Of a stretch of 64,000 nt of DNA, positions 1 through 9,987 are shown one piece after another (position 1 is the first letter of the stretch; each line of letters starts with the position of its first letter). Position numbers and translations under genes: made by a program. The notes beneath the pieces are model-generated. The model saw only the letters and a list, made by a program, of their open reading frames with translations. It did not search any database and was not told the origin of the DNA. This DNA comes from a virus: the IMG/VR virus record IMGVR_UViG_3300006810_000037, positions 5,775 to 69,774 of that record, one strand, 5' to 3'.

Positions 1-52
1 ACTCTTTAGTCTCAGAACTATTCTCCATGTAACTCCTGCACTTTTCTTAATT

Positions 53-721
53 TTACTCTAAAGCATAAAAGACATTCTCAATATCTTGGTGAAAAGGGAA
101 AAAATGTTTAGTTCCTAATTCGAATTCATTTGCAAATTCGGATAAGACATAAGGATTTACACTTTGTTCAAATTTTCTAATAGCGTTGACTTGCGCAAGA
201 GATGCCTCGTATTCTCTAAAAGCTTTTAATAAAATGTCAGGAGCTTTACAAAGGTAGCGCTCACAATTACTTAAAAATAAATCAGCTTCTTCACGTCTTC
301 TCTCTAGTAATCCTCCGATTACTTTATGCTCTGCATCAAAGATCCAACGGTTAAATTCATGTACAACTTCAGAAAAATCTTCTCTCTCAATGGCGTCAAC
401 AATTGAGCTATAAAACGCATCCCATCCTACTGAATGTATAAAAGAAAGCAACGCATTATGCATACAAGAATCAATATCTAAATTAAGAGATTGAACTTGA
501 CCATCAATTACATCTAATTCTGAAAGCAAATACTCAAGAGCTTTTTTCTTAGAAACAAGATGTCCTTTTAGTACAGGTGATCCGTCTGGATAAAACTCTG
601 AGCCATAACCAATCGTGTAAGGAGCTGCTCCTGTTAAAGGATCAGGACATGCACGCTCATTAAAACCTTCGTACTTTTTTACAATACAAATAGCGGACGA
701 AAAATCGTGCATGATAAACAC
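53..721 (-). CDS. Phage lysozyme (GH24/T4-lysozyme-like) with C-terminal extension
   Basis: YEGF..D...YTIGYG catalytic E/D/T pattern and the GLLERRREEADLF tail typical of phage lysozymes. Confidence 0.8.
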   Translation of the reverse strand: MFIMHDFSSAICIVKKYEGFNERACPDPLTGAAPYTIGYGSEFYPDGSPVLKGHLVSKKKALEYLLSELDVIDGQVQSLNLDIDSCMHNALLSFIHSVGWDAFYSSIVDAIEREDFSEVVHEFNRWIFDAEHKVIGGLLERRREEADLFLSNCERYLCKAPDILLKAFREYEASLAQVNAIRKFEQSVNPYVLSEFANEFELGTKHFFPFHQDIENVFYALE

Positions 722-745
722 AAATCTCAGCCAATTATAAACTAT

Positions 746-859
746 TTATTTACCTTGGCCTCGTAATTTTTTTCGCGTTCCTTTTGGTTTTGAATGTTTA
801 CCATTACCTTGTCTAGTTTTCTTAGGCTTTGCCTCTACGTATGTACCACCTTTTAACAT
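746..859 (-). CDS. Small basic phage protein (37 aa, not in ORF track)
   Basis: Hand translation gives MLKGGTYVEAKPKKTRQGNGKHSKPKGTRKKLRGQGK; the PKKTRQG...RGQG pattern resembles a conserved cyanophage peptide. Confidence 0.6.
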   Translation of the reverse strand: MLKGGTYVEAKPKKTRQGNGKHSKPKGTRKKLRGQGK

Positions 860-895
860 TTAATGAGTGCATCTACAATGAGCATAACACTTATG

Positions 896-1198
896 CTACC
901 ATTTTTCGCGGTCAGCCCAGTATGCTGCAGACATTTTTCCTTTGGCAATATTTTTTCCATGCCGTGCTTTAAAAGAGGCACGTTTCTTTTGCATCTTTTC
1001 TGACTCACCAGCTTTTGGTTTACCCGCTGTTTTAGCACCTTGCTCACCAAAACGAATTAGTTTTTCTTTGCCGCCTTCTTTTGCTAGGACCATATGAGAT
1101 TTGTTGGGATGATTAGGAGTTCTCACAGGCTTATTAGGCTTTAGCGAGTCCTTTGCTTTCTTTGCTGCTGATGCTGCTTTTAATCTTTTGTTAGACAT
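896..1198 (-). CDS. Basic conserved phage protein (LIRFG...RASFKARH...SAAYWA family)
   Basis: Motif pattern common in marine phages; co-oriented with the structural module. Confidence 0.7.
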   Translation of the reverse strand: MSNKRLKAASAAKKAKDSLKPNKPVRTPNHPNKSHMVLAKEGGKEKLIRFGEQGAKTAGKPKAGESEKMQKKRASFKARHGKNIAKGKMSAAYWADREKW

Positions 1199-1200
1199 AA

Positions 1201-4059
1201 TTAGAATCCGAAACCTGGTAAACCACCAAAGCCACCACCTGCTCCTCCTAATAAATCTCCTCCGAAATCGGAGGTGAAATCATCTAAGAAGCTTTGACCT
1301 GAAGTTGATTTCTTAGTTTTAATTGTAGTATTATTACCAAAATCTGCAAAACTATTAGGTGATTGTATCGAAGGTGTATCAAGAAAACTTCCGATAGAAC
1401 CCAAGGCCGCTTCTGGACTTGAAGTATTTAAACCTCCTAATATGTCGAAATCTCCAAATTCAGCCTTTACTTCTTCTTTGCTTTGCCCTGGGAAAAAAGT
1501 ATCATAAAACTCATTCTCTGTTCCTTTAAAACCTGCTTGTTGAAATATACCAAATAGACCTGCTCCTTCTCGTCCGCTTTCTTTATCTATTTCCCTTTCA
1601 ATATAATCCACTCCAAGTGTTTCTTGACTAATTTCTTCACCTGCCTCTGCAAGTGCTTTAATCCTTTCTCTTAAAGTAGCAGCATCTTGACCTTGAATCG
1701 TACTGATAAGAATATTTTTAACTTCATCTAATTCTCCTTCTCCTTTTACAAGTCCGAGTTGCCTTCCAATTTTAGTGTTAGGGCCAACACCTGCATTATC
1801 TAAAACACCTTCAGCAAATTCATCGGGTGAAATAAAATTACCAAAGACACCGCCGCCTAGTACATCGCGTTCGTCAAGAAGACTAGGTATAAGCTCAAAA
1901 TTTTTATACCTTTCAATACGATCCTGATCAATTGGATTATCAAAAGCAGCAAAGGTAATTGGAGCCCCGTCTAATAAAATTTCATTTCCATCAATATCCC
2001 TTCCGCCTCTGGTAATGTCGTATAAAGTTCTTGCAAAAGGCTCCTTTTGAATATCGTAAATTAAATTACCTTTATTGTCTTCAAAAGGTTGAGGGACAAT
2101 ACCTCGCACAAGAAGAGCATTAAGGTATTTAGGATCGCCTGACTGAGCCCGTTCAAATTGTTCTTTAAAAAAGTTTTTTTGAAACTCTAGCTTTCTTTCG
2201 TATCTTGAAGAATCTGCTGCTACTTGCTCTTTAACTGGACGATCAAAAAATGGATTTTCAAAAAATCTTGCATCAAAATTTGCATCTAATCCATCTACTG
2301 GCTTTAAGGCATCTAAAAAAGTTTTAGTCTGATCCAATGCTAAAACCTGCAAAGCATTTTTAGTAGACTGCGTCTGAAACGGAGTTTGCAGTTCTTCATC
2401 AACATCGATAAAATTTATAAACTCATTGATTGATTTAGACGCGTTAAATCTTGGGCGTAGATAATCATTAATAAAATCACGAGCAAATTGAGAATCAATA
2501 CCTTTGTAATTAAAATCAGGGTTATTTGGATTGTCTATAGCCTTAATTTCATTATCTATTTTTTTAATACGGTCAAACGTATCTATTTTTTTTCCACTAG
2601 GAACAAATTCTCTACCTGATATAGTAAATAAAATATCTCTGCCACCAGGTAGTTCTTTTAAATACTCCACTACGTCATCTGTTTTCTCAAAGCCTGTTTC
2701 TCTCAAAAACTCTCTGGTAAATTCACCAGAATCTTTATCAAAAACTTCGCCTTTTTTTTCTAAGGCTTGTGATCTAAACTCTTTTTTACTTCCATTTTTC
2801 GCATAAAAAGCTCTACCGAAATCAGCTTTTGATACTTGGCGGCCGTTTGCATTTGCTGATGAACCGAAACCTTGGTTGTTTGTTTTACTTACTACTTCTT
2901 CATAGGCTTCTAAAACTTTAGGATTAGTCTCTACATAAGCAATATAATCTTCTGGTTTTGGTTGAGCATTTTCTAAAATATCTTTTTCTAACTCAAGATC
3001 TGCGAATTTTTTTTCATAATCTTTTGCGTATTTTTCAACCAGATCTTTTTCAAAAAAGTTTTGCCAATTAACGATAGTGCTATTACCACCAAATTGTCCT
3101 AGAGCCCCTCCTAATGTTTTACTGATTTCATCTCTTACACCGGTTGGTAATAATCCTCCGGCATCGCCCAACAAGTCATTTGCTGCGTTACTTCCAAAAT
3201 TACTAAATTGAGAACCTAATAAATTATTTGTTATATCAAATTGCTGTTCTTCTCTTTTTGCACGCTCCAGTCTATTAATAGTAGTTCGTAAAACATCTTC
3301 TGAAAGCCGACCAAATTGTCTAGTTTGTAATAGACCTTCTTCACCTAGTGCCGTAGTTACACTGTCTTCAGCCAATTCGTCTTTTTTATCAGCTCTAAAC
3401 AGATTAATTGTTTGTTGAGTAACGGCAGGACCACCTTCAAAACCTAGCGGGTTGTCACCAACAAATTTTCCTTTACTTGCAAAAGCATTTGGCTCTCGAT
3501 TTTGCGTAGCTCCATTGAATTGATAATCTCCGGCAGCAAACGTGTTGATATCTGGGAAAGTACCCAGGATATCTAAATTGCCTTCTTCAACTGCTCGTTC
3601 ATATTCAGCTTTGACTTCTGGATACTTTTCTAAATAAAATACAGGGTCAAAAAAATTGTCGGCTGAAACAGGTCCTGATGTAAGAGATACAGGCGAGTAT
3701 CCAGGAACTTGTCTTGTGTCAAAAGGCTTGACAACAAAATCTTTATAAAAGTTATCATAAGATTTAAGCAATGCATTTTTCTTTCCGTCAGATATTTGTA
3801 GATTATTAAGTAAAAAATTCTTTTTAGTAAGGTATTGATTTTGGGTATTTAAAGAAGTTCTAGCTTCTTGTACAACAAGATCTATCGCCGCATTAATTCT
3901 TCTTGCTACATTTAATTGTTTACCAGAATAATCGTTTTCATTAAGCCTATTAACAATAAATTTATCTTTTTTTGCATTGTACCTAAAAATCTCATCTGGC
4001 AGTTTTGCCTGATTCATTCCTCCCGTCTGTGTTTCTGGCTGTGTCTGTGTGCTATTCAT
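1201..4059 (-). CDS. Large putative internal virion/ejection protein
   Basis: 952-aa ORF in the structural module with a Gly/Phe-rich C-terminus; function inferred from context only. Confidence 0.55.
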   Translation of the reverse strand: MNSTQTQPETQTGGMNQAKLPDEIFRYNAKKDKFIVNRLNENDYSGKQLNVARRINAAIDLVVQEARTSLNTQNQYLTKKNFLLNNLQISDGKKNALLKSYDNFYKDFVVKPFDTRQVPGYSPVSLTSGPVSADNFFDPVFYLEKYPEVKAEYERAVEEGNLDILGTFPDINTFAAGDYQFNGATQNREPNAFASKGKFVGDNPLGFEGGPAVTQQTINLFRADKKDELAEDSVTTALGEEGLLQTRQFGRLSEDVLRTTINRLERAKREEQQFDITNNLLGSQFSNFGSNAANDLLGDAGGLLPTGVRDEISKTLGGALGQFGGNSTIVNWQNFFEKDLVEKYAKDYEKKFADLELEKDILENAQPKPEDYIAYVETNPKVLEAYEEVVSKTNNQGFGSSANANGRQVSKADFGRAFYAKNGSKKEFRSQALEKKGEVFDKDSGEFTREFLRETGFEKTDDVVEYLKELPGGRDILFTISGREFVPSGKKIDTFDRIKKIDNEIKAIDNPNNPDFNYKGIDSQFARDFINDYLRPRFNASKSINEFINFIDVDEELQTPFQTQSTKNALQVLALDQTKTFLDALKPVDGLDANFDARFFENPFFDRPVKEQVAADSSRYERKLEFQKNFFKEQFERAQSGDPKYLNALLVRGIVPQPFEDNKGNLIYDIQKEPFARTLYDITRGGRDIDGNEILLDGAPITFAAFDNPIDQDRIERYKNFELIPSLLDERDVLGGGVFGNFISPDEFAEGVLDNAGVGPNTKIGRQLGLVKGEGELDEVKNILISTIQGQDAATLRERIKALAEAGEEISQETLGVDYIEREIDKESGREGAGLFGIFQQAGFKGTENEFYDTFFPGQSKEEVKAEFGDFDILGGLNTSSPEAALGSIGSFLDTPSIQSPNSFADFGNNTTIKTKKSTSGQSFLDDFTSDFGGDLLGGAGGGFGGLPGFGF

Positions 4060-4067
4060 TAAAAAAA

Positions 4068-4433
4068 CTAAGCTATTTTTAATTCTATAGGATGGTTTAT
4101 AAGGGAATAAATGTCAATAGTCTCTTGGTTTACCCATCTTTTAATTTCAACCAAACGTTCCTTACAAAAAAATTCTTGCTTTGTATACCACTGTTCCATA
4201 TCATGACTGGCCTTGTTAGAATTACACCTTTGACAAGAAGGAAGTAAATTGCAACGACTGCTGGGACCAGACTTATATCGTGGGATTATGTGGTCAAGAG
4301 AAGTTGCGGAGGCACCGCAGTAAGCACATTTGTTATCCCACGCATCATATATTGATTCTCTAAAACGTCTCTTCGCTCGTTTAGGTGTTAACTCAATGAG
4401 AAGGGCAAGTGGATCCTGTTCATTGTTAAACAT
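4068..4433 (-). CDS. HNH endonuclease
   Basis: CAYC...SLDHIIP...NLLPSCQRCNSNK HNH/zinc-finger motif. Confidence 0.88.
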   Translation of the reverse strand: MFNNEQDPLALLIELTPKRAKRRFRESIYDAWDNKCAYCGASATSLDHIIPRYKSGPSSRCNLLPSCQRCNSNKASHDMEQWYTKQEFFCKERLVEIKRWVNQETIDIYSLINHPIELKIA

Positions 4434-4517
4434 GCCTCTTGAGCAGTTATCTTATTCTAAGTCGACTTAATTCGTAAAATCGAATTTGACAAGCTTTAAA
4501 AAAACGATATCGTACTT

Positions 4518-4754
4518 ATGTACAACTGCTGCGGTCGCAGTATGAAGAACTCTCAAACTTGGAAGACGGCGCAAAAAACCGTCAGTGAGCTTGGCATCGA
4601 TAAGAAAACATTGTTTAAGTACAGAGACGACGGAACCTTGAAGCTTGGACCGCACTTCTTAGCTTTTTCTAACACTTACTCAAGGGACAGCTATCGCTGG
4701 AATGTGAATGCAGTTAAAAGGCAGCTAACAAGCAAGGGTTTGCTTGCAGCTTAA
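4518..4754 (+). CDS. Small winged-helix/HTH DNA-binding protein (excisionase/MerR-like)
   Basis: WKTAQKTVSELGIDKKTLFKYR HTH followed by a YRWNV wing; likely start is ATG 4542. Confidence 0.6.
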   Translation: MYNCCGRSMKNSQTWKTAQKTVSELGIDKKTLFKYRDDGTLKLGPHFLAFSNTYSRDSYRWNVNAVKRQLTSKGLLAA

Positions 4755-5129
4755 ATAACAGCATTTTTTTCTATTTCTATGAGCCGCTATTAAAGTATCG
4801 ACATTTAAATCGATCTTTCCGTTCTTTATAGCTCTTTCAAGTGATCTACAAAGAGTACTTAAACGGCCTTGAATATTTCTAGGCTGTTTTTTAAGTTCAA
4901 AAATTATTGCCCAATGAGGATGCATTGGTTTGATTGGTTTTTTCTTTCCTTGTAAAAGGACTGAGTTATCTGGACCCCAAGAAAAGTTTTTAAGCTGTGA
5001 AGGCTTTAAACCATAAGTAGCAATCATTCCATACAGCCACGCAAGGCTTTTGCTGCGTTCACCTCTATCTAAAGAAAAGAAATCATCAACTATGCGCTGA
5101 TCTAGGGGTGCGCCCATTGTAAAAACCAC
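4725..5129 (-). CDS. Truncated tyrosine-recombinase-like protein
   Basis: WLYGMIATYGLKPSQ resembles box I (YGLRPxE) of cyanobacterial integrases with R replaced by K; no HxxR or catalytic Tyr region in 134 aa. Confidence 0.5.
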   Translation of the reverse strand: MVFTMGAPLDQRIVDDFFSLDRGERSKSLAWLYGMIATYGLKPSQLKNFSWGPDNSVLLQGKKKPIKPMHPHWAIIFELKKQPRNIQGRLSTLCRSLERAIKNGKIDLNVDTLIAAHRNRKKCCYLSCKQTLAC

Positions 5130-5177
5130 AGGGGAGTAAGTTTTTAAAAGCTTGCGTCTAGTTTAACCCCTAGTAAT

Positions 5178-5459
5178 TTATGCGGGGCCTCCGCCCGTTA
5201 TAGTGGCTGCCCAAGCAGCCCCCATTGCACTGATGGTAGATGTTTCCCCTGAACCAAATGGTAGGTTGACTGTATCTCCAGCGTGGTATCGAGAAGGATT
5301 ACCTGAAAGTTTTACAGGACTTCTACCAAATTCTCTTTTACTTAGTTGAGTTTCTGAAAGATCAACTCTCGTTTGAATTATATCTCCAAATCCAGGTGTA
5401 TTAGACATTAGAAGGTCTGCCTCCTGAAGCAGGTACATAAGCTGAGCCGTCTTTATCAT
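5178..5459 (-). CDS. Hypothetical protein
   Basis: ORF continuing the operon; true start probably at MSNTPG (~5408). Confidence 0.55.
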   Translation of the reverse strand: MIKTAQLMYLLQEADLLMSNTPGFGDIIQTRVDLSETQLSKREFGRSPVKLSGNPSRYHAGDTVNLPFGSGETSTISAMGAAWAATITGGGPA

Positions 5460-6990
5460 ACATAGTAAAACCTTCTATCTTAATAAAATCTGCAGGAATA
5501 TTAAGCAATTTCTGCATCATGCTCACCATGATTGGACTTTGAATGTTTAAAGGAGGAACATCCATATATGACAGGCCATACGTGGTTATATTTTCAAATG
5601 CTTTCTGTTGATCTCTGCGTGTATCATCAACTAATTTTTGTTCCCATGTTACCTGCTCACTGGTAAAGGCAGGGTAATCAGAAGGCTCAGGAGGAAATAA
5701 ATCATCTGTATATTTCATAGCATAGATATGTTTGCAGTATCTATACTCATCTAACAAATGACTCCAAGTATCTTGAACCTGTATTAGTTGATTAGGTTCT
5801 CCTGCAGCTGCAGGAGGAATTGTATCGTAATCACCATATTTAACCATGCCCTCACTACGAGGTGCAGGGGCATCAGGGTTTTTAGGTAGGTCAGTACCTC
5901 TTAAATAAACATTTCCAAAGTCGCTAAAAACACCAGGGAAATCACGGTTTGTGTTCGATGGCTTGTTATTTATACCCGCAGAATTTACTGACTGATTATA
6001 AGGCAACTCATATCCAGAAGGAGCAACAATTGTTAGCGCTCTATTCTGTAAAGCTTCTTGCATAATTCTCTCATCAATTTCACCGGCTGTTGTTGTAACT
6101 TCATAACGCCCTGGTTTTAATGTTGCACATCTAGTTATAGGAAAGGTCGGACTTTTTCTCTTACCTAAAAATGTAGAAACATAATAGTATTGTCTACGTG
6201 TAAAATCTTGACAACTACAAGCATATTTAGATCCGTTAATAAAAAATCTTCCTACCTGAGGAGATCTCTGCGAAGGTGTGATTAAGACACTGTCAAATGT
6301 AGATTCAATAGAACCTTGCTTACGTAAAATTAATACGCCATTGTACGGTTCGATTGAATCCAATACCGCCGCTGTATACCCATACTTTATTCCTGTATCT
6401 GGATCAATTGTTTCTTTTGTAATAGGAATACCCGCTTGCGTTAGAACTCTATCTTCTAAAACATCTCCGTTTAAAGGAGTTAAGTTAGGTTGATTGCCAG
6501 GGGTTTCTATGAAGAGCGGAGGAGGCAGCGGATTATTCGCATCCCATGTTCCGTTTAATTGCACACGCCAAAAATTTCCTGAATCAGTAACAGATGCGAT
6601 AGATAATTCTGTATTATTTTGATCAACTAAATTGTCAAATCTAAGACTTCCTGCAAGGATAGATCCGCACCAATGCATTCCCAACTCTTTGTTTTTAGTA
6701 GGAAATCCCCTAATCAGTCCTGCCATAAGTGGCGGATTATCGCCATTCTGTGTAGAACCGGAAGGAAGAGGTATTCGATAAGAGAAGGGATATTCAAATG
6801 CTGCATAAGCAAGATTAGAAGTTGCTAACTCGTAACCTCTTCTCCAGCGATTCCAAGACGCCTCTTTATTGCTTGAATAAAGTGAGTCTGCAACACTACC
6901 ACCGAATTCGGAAACGATTGGAAAAGGACCTGCTTTTGCTTTACTTTGAGGTGGCTCCTTGAATCCAAAAGAATTGCCACGCGGTGACAT
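5401..6990 (-). CDS. Putative structural protein with split SWIM-type zinc finger
   Basis: YACSCQDF and YCKHIYAM half-motifs in a 529-aa ORF. Confidence 0.6.
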   Translation of the reverse strand: MSPRGNSFGFKEPPQSKAKAGPFPIVSEFGGSVADSLYSSNKEASWNRWRRGYELATSNLAYAAFEYPFSYRIPLPSGSTQNGDNPPLMAGLIRGFPTKNKELGMHWCGSILAGSLRFDNLVDQNNTELSIASVTDSGNFWRVQLNGTWDANNPLPPPLFIETPGNQPNLTPLNGDVLEDRVLTQAGIPITKETIDPDTGIKYGYTAAVLDSIEPYNGVLILRKQGSIESTFDSVLITPSQRSPQVGRFFINGSKYACSCQDFTRRQYYYVSTFLGKRKSPTFPITRCATLKPGRYEVTTTAGEIDERIMQEALQNRALTIVAPSGYELPYNQSVNSAGINNKPSNTNRDFPGVFSDFGNVYLRGTDLPKNPDAPAPRSEGMVKYGDYDTIPPAAAGEPNQLIQVQDTWSHLLDEYRYCKHIYAMKYTDDLFPPEPSDYPAFTSEQVTWEQKLVDDTRRDQQKAFENITTYGLSYMDVPPLNIQSPIMVSMMQKLLNIPADFIKIEGFTMYDKDGSAYVPASGGRPSNV

Positions 6991-6992
6991 GG

Positions 6993-7778
6993 CTAGAAGA
7001 AACCGCCCTGAGCAATGACCGTAACTCCAGGAGTGTAGCCTGAAGGATACGTGTTAGTTGGTAAAACACCCGCGTACAAGCGATCACCTTTTTCTAAATA
7101 AATGCCTCGCGCACGAACAGGCGTACCGCCTGACAAACCACTTGTATCGCCTGCTGCGGGAACGGGAGCGCTTAGTTGAGGTAGAACATCCGTGCAGTCA
7201 ACGTCTTGTGAACCAGAAGGTAAGTACTTAGTAAACAGCACAGCATAGTCACCGCTAGCAGGAATAGGATTAGTTGTTCCTCGAGTATGATAAAAGGTTA
7301 TTGTTACACCGTATTGCGCATAAATAAATTGTGACTCAAATGAAAATCCAGAAGCGATTAGTCCTGAATAATTTAAAGCTGTATTAACTCCCGTTAAAGT
7401 TGTTGAGCCCGTATATGTGTAATAACCTTTACCTGAAAACGGTGCTCCTCCTCCTGTTAATACTCCTGTTTCTTGAATAAATACTGTATTACCGCTTTCT
7501 AAAATAATTTCCGTTCCTGATGTTGTCGTATTTACAGTGTAGTCAGGAGGAATTTGATAATCGCTTCTTACAATCTTAACTGAATCCACAACCCCTCCAC
7601 TGTTATTGTCGTCTGACAAAGCAGCATCCATATCGACAATCAATGCAGGCGCTTGGCCTCCTTGGACTTGTAACGTTTTATTAGCTGAGCTACCTGCAAT
7701 TTGAGTAGTAAGTACTGAATGATCAATAAAAGGACGATCAATAAACAGGGGCTGCTTGTTGGTATTAGTTGAAGTCAC
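6993..7778 (-). CDS. Putative virion structural protein
   Basis: T/G/S-rich, beta-type composition; ends VIAQGGFF; structural module. Confidence 0.6.
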   Translation of the reverse strand: MTSTNTNKQPLFIDRPFIDHSVLTTQIAGSSANKTLQVQGGQAPALIVDMDAALSDDNNSGGVVDSVKIVRSDYQIPPDYTVNTTTSGTEIILESGNTVFIQETGVLTGGGAPFSGKGYYTYTGSTTLTGVNTALNYSGLIASGFSFESQFIYAQYGVTITFYHTRGTTNPIPASGDYAVLFTKYLPSGSQDVDCTDVLPQLSAPVPAAGDTSGLSGGTPVRARGIYLEKGDRLYAGVLPTNTYPSGYTPGVTVIAQGGFF

Positions 7779-7812
7779 TTTATTTTACTGAATAATTTTT
7801 ATTTTACCAGAG

Positions 7813-8115
7813 CTATACGCCCAAAAAACTATTGGCGCTAAATCCTGGTATGGTTCCGTTTACTAAAGGCTTGGGTAAAGTTTGAGAAATCTTTGCAGCG
7901 AATAACGCATTAGGATTACTACGTAAAGTTGCAAAAGTTTCAAAGGCCGTTGTATCCATTGGACCATCTCTCACTTCAGCAAGATCAAAATCCATGCGCA
8001 GTTGGTTTAAGGCATCAACCTTACTCATGGCATCCGTTCCATAGCTACTTGCTTGATACCTATAAACTTCTCCTGGAAAAAAATCCTGATCCATGTATTC
8101 ATAAAAACTATTCAT
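7813..8115 (-). CDS. Hypothetical protein
   Basis: ORF coupled to the upstream gene by an ATGA overlap. Confidence 0.6.
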   Translation of the reverse strand: MNSFYEYMDQDFFPGEVYRYQASSYGTDAMSKVDALNQLRMDFDLAEVRDGPMDTTAFETFATLRSNPNALFAAKISQTLPKPLVNGTIPGFSANSFLGV

Positions 8116-8762
8116 TGAAGAAAACCTCCTAGTGGATTTAATACATTATTAATAAGTTGTTCTTTCAAACTATTTACAAATTGATCTCTTAAAGAGGTAG
8201 CTTTATTGTCAGTTTTACGATATTCAGCTGGATCATATCTTAGTTTAGATAACACTTGCTCTACAGTCTGTCTTTGTGGCGCATTTGTACTCATCAATGA
8301 ATCTGTGTTAGAGCCATCAAACGGACCTAAAACTGTTTGGCTGTATTTATAAAGATCTCCACCTGGTAAAAGACTAGCTGTTGTATTTGCGACAGTAGTA
8401 TTGTTTGCGTCTGGCGCATTAATATTCGCATTTGGGTTGCCGCCAAGAATAGTTGCATAAGCTTTTTGTGGTCCCATACCAGTTTCAAAACCGCGCCCTC
8501 TCAGCCACCGTTCAACCGCAGGTAATTGTTCAGAAATTGTATAACTTTTATTCTTGATTTTTTCAGGGTCTAAGCCAGCCTCTCGTCTCTCCGGTCCACC
8601 AAATTGTATTAAGCCGTAGTAATTGCCTCCAGCTCCGCCCCAGATGTTTGGGTTGAATGATGATTCTTTCGCAATAATAGCGCCAAAAGAATAAGGATCT
8701 AAGCCTAATCTATCGGCCGTTGCTTTAATAGCTGCTTTGTCTGCTGCACTTAAATTCGCCAT
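8112..8762 (-). CDS. Lytic transglycosylase/lysozyme-fold virion protein
   Basis: AIIAKESSFNP catalytic Glu motif and YYGLIQF motif. Confidence 0.75.
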   Translation of the reverse strand: MANLSAADKAAIKATADRLGLDPYSFGAIIAKESSFNPNIWGGAGGNYYGLIQFGGPERREAGLDPEKIKNKSYTISEQLPAVERWLRGRGFETGMGPQKAYATILGGNPNANINAPDANNTTVANTTASLLPGGDLYKYSQTVLGPFDGSNTDSLMSTNAPQRQTVEQVLSKLRYDPAEYRKTDNKATSLRDQFVNSLKEQLINNVLNPLGGFLQ

Positions 8763-9985
8763 TACCCCGGTCCACCTGGCCTAAAGTTGTTTAATTGTTG
8801 AAGAAACATTTCACTATCTTCTGGACTCAGCACTGGCTCAAGGCCAGGCTCAGAACCCATGCCTTGTGTCTGCTGCTCCATCCTCCCATTACGATAATAG
8901 TCAGCAAGGGATTGAGCAGAACTCTGCTGGACTCCAACAGGGTTTTCCATATTGTAATTTCTGCCTTCCATCATGGGATTAGTCTCGTCATAAACAAGAC
9001 CAGCCATCAGAGGATTAGGGGTCTTAGGAGTCAGCTGGTCACCATACAAAGCACGGCTAATTGCCATTCCCTGTTCTGCGGTATAGTTCACCATACGAGG
9101 ACCACCTTCTCTGAAGAATGGATCTGCCTGCTGGGCTACCCTGGAAACTTCATTTTGATATGCGCGTCTCTCTAGTTCTTCTCGTGTAGGCAAGGGAGCT
9201 TCATATCTTGGTGGCGGAGGGGCAAATCCACCACCACCACCTGGCTGAAAGTTACGTCTAGGTACGTTGGTTTCAACTCTTGGCGGTTTAGGCAACGGAG
9301 CAAATCCACCGCCACCACCTGGCTGAAAGTTACGTCCAGGTACGTTGGTTTCACCTAGATTTGGCTTGGCAGTTGCATCAGTTGCCCTATCAAGAGTTTG
9401 ACCAATTGTAGGTAAACCAGTAAGACCAGCTAGTGTATTATAATACATAGGCAAACCTCCTGTAGAAAAATCTAGAAGTCCACCAAGGCCTCTTTGTTCT
9501 TGTCCTCTTCCAAATTCTTCTACGGCTCTTTGTCCAGGAAAATTTAAATTACTTACGAAAGAGTCAATTGCAGGTCCAACATTATTTAATGCTCCTTCAA
9601 TTTGACCGGTAATTCCACGTCCGCCACCCATTTCACTGGCCGCGAGTCCAACACCAGTCAATGCTCCAGCTCCTAGTGCAGCCCCTGTAGGAGACACAGA
9701 AAAGCCTCGTCCCCCCTGTGAACGTACATAGGAGGGTGCAGTATTTGGTTGAATAGTTCCCGTGTAAGGTGTATTATTCGGCCTTACATTAACACTAGAA
9801 GGTCGAGTAATAGGTCTTGCAACAACACCGGTCTCTAAGCTTCCGCCTCCAGGACCCATGCGGCCTCCAATTCCTGGATTCCTTGGCGGAACTCTTACCC
9901 TTCCAGTAGCTTTAGTAGCTTTAGCAGCCTTGGGGGCTCGACTAAAAGCTCCGCCTAGTGCTCTCATCAGAAGTTTAGTTATCAT
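8762..9985 (-). CDS. Gly/Pro-rich putative internal virion protein
   Basis: 407-aa low-complexity ORF with an internal duplication. Confidence 0.55.
   Translation of the reverse strand: MITKLLMRALGGAFSRAPKAAKATKATGRVRVPPRNPGIGGRMGPGGGSLETGVVARPITRPSSVNVRPNNTPYTGTIQPNTAPSYVRSQGGRGFSVSPTGAALGAGALTGVGLAASEMGGGRGITGQIEGALNNVGPAIDSFVSNLNFPGQRAVEEFGRGQEQRGLGGLLDFSTGGLPMYYNTLAGLTGLPTIGQTLDRATDATAKPNLGETNVPGRNFQPGGGGGFAPLPKPPRVETNVPRRNFQPGGGGGFAPPPPRYEAPLPTREELERRAYQNEVSRVAQQADPFFREGGPRMVNYTAEQGMAISRALYGDQLTPKTPNPLMAGLVYDETNPMMEGRNYNMENPVGVQQSSAQSLADYYRNGRMEQQTQGMGSEPGLEPVLSPEDSEMFLQQLNNFRPGGPG
9222..9353. repeat. Intragenic direct repeat (2 x 54 bp, 78-bp period)
   Basis: 9222-9275 and 9300-9353 are near identical and encode ETNVP[GR]RNFQPGGGGGFA twice. 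Confidence 0.9.
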
Positions 9986-9987
9986 GG

